From Raillietiella orientalis (lineage: Eukaryota), in contig JAYWIR010000069.1 in the NCBI GenBank assembly GCA_036172245.1, positions 124,001-188,000 on the forward strand: a DNA stretch of 64,000 nt, read 5' to 3'. Of the stretch, positions 63,740-64,000 are shown in pieces (position 1 is the first letter of the stretch; each line of letters opens with the position of its first letter). The notes below the pieces were generated by a model. The model was not told where the DNA came from. It worked only from the letters and a program-made list of their open reading frames with translations, and ran no database searches. The translations under genes were made by a program, and so were the position numbers.

Positions 63740-64000
63740 ATGGCTGCCAGTCTAGACAATTCTGGGGTCTCTGGTTCCCTTATCCATTCGGGGTTCGGTG
63801 GCGTTCTCTTGCAGAGTTCGACTCCTTATTCGTCGAAAGGGAGGAAGGGTGCTATCCTTCTTCAGGAAGGCGACCTGGCGACAAGAAGAGTCGCCCGGAG
63901 TGCGGTCTTCAGCGTGTACCTCAGCGCGCTGGATATGGTTGTCGAAGGTGTTCCGTGGGAACGGTGTAACAGAAAATAGACACCGATATACCCACCGCAC
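63740..64000 (+). mobile_element. Possible LINE RT fragment running off the window
   Basis: SAVFSVYLSALD resembles the RT 'SPxLFxxYxxxL' motif. Confidence 0.35.

Overview
Eukaryotic (metazoan-like) genomic DNA with no intact protein-coding gene that I can support. Most of the recognisable sequence is nested, decayed non-LTR retrotransposons of the L1/Tx1 type in both orientations, with remnants of ORF1 (Pro-rich region, Zn-knuckle), APE endonuclease, RT and the C-terminal zf-RVT cysteine motif. At least two families are present. The most distinctive signal is a conserved 3' terminus: a poly(A) signal, then a GC-rich hairpin, then only 2-5 A and no real poly(A) tail. It occurs about 10 times, and two target-site duplications plus an interrupted pseudogene fix it as the true element end. 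Other content: a ~2 kb inverted duplication (23572-25610 / 31255-32977) with an identity gradient, several perfect fold-back palindromes (one demonstrably at a deletion scar), a 3 x 58 bp palindromic tandem array, and two host-gene pseudogenes (ZO-1/polychaetoid ZU5 C-terminus; CBM21 PP1 glycogen-targeting subunit). Boundaries of decayed elements are approximate unless a TSD is given. All comparisons were made by eye.
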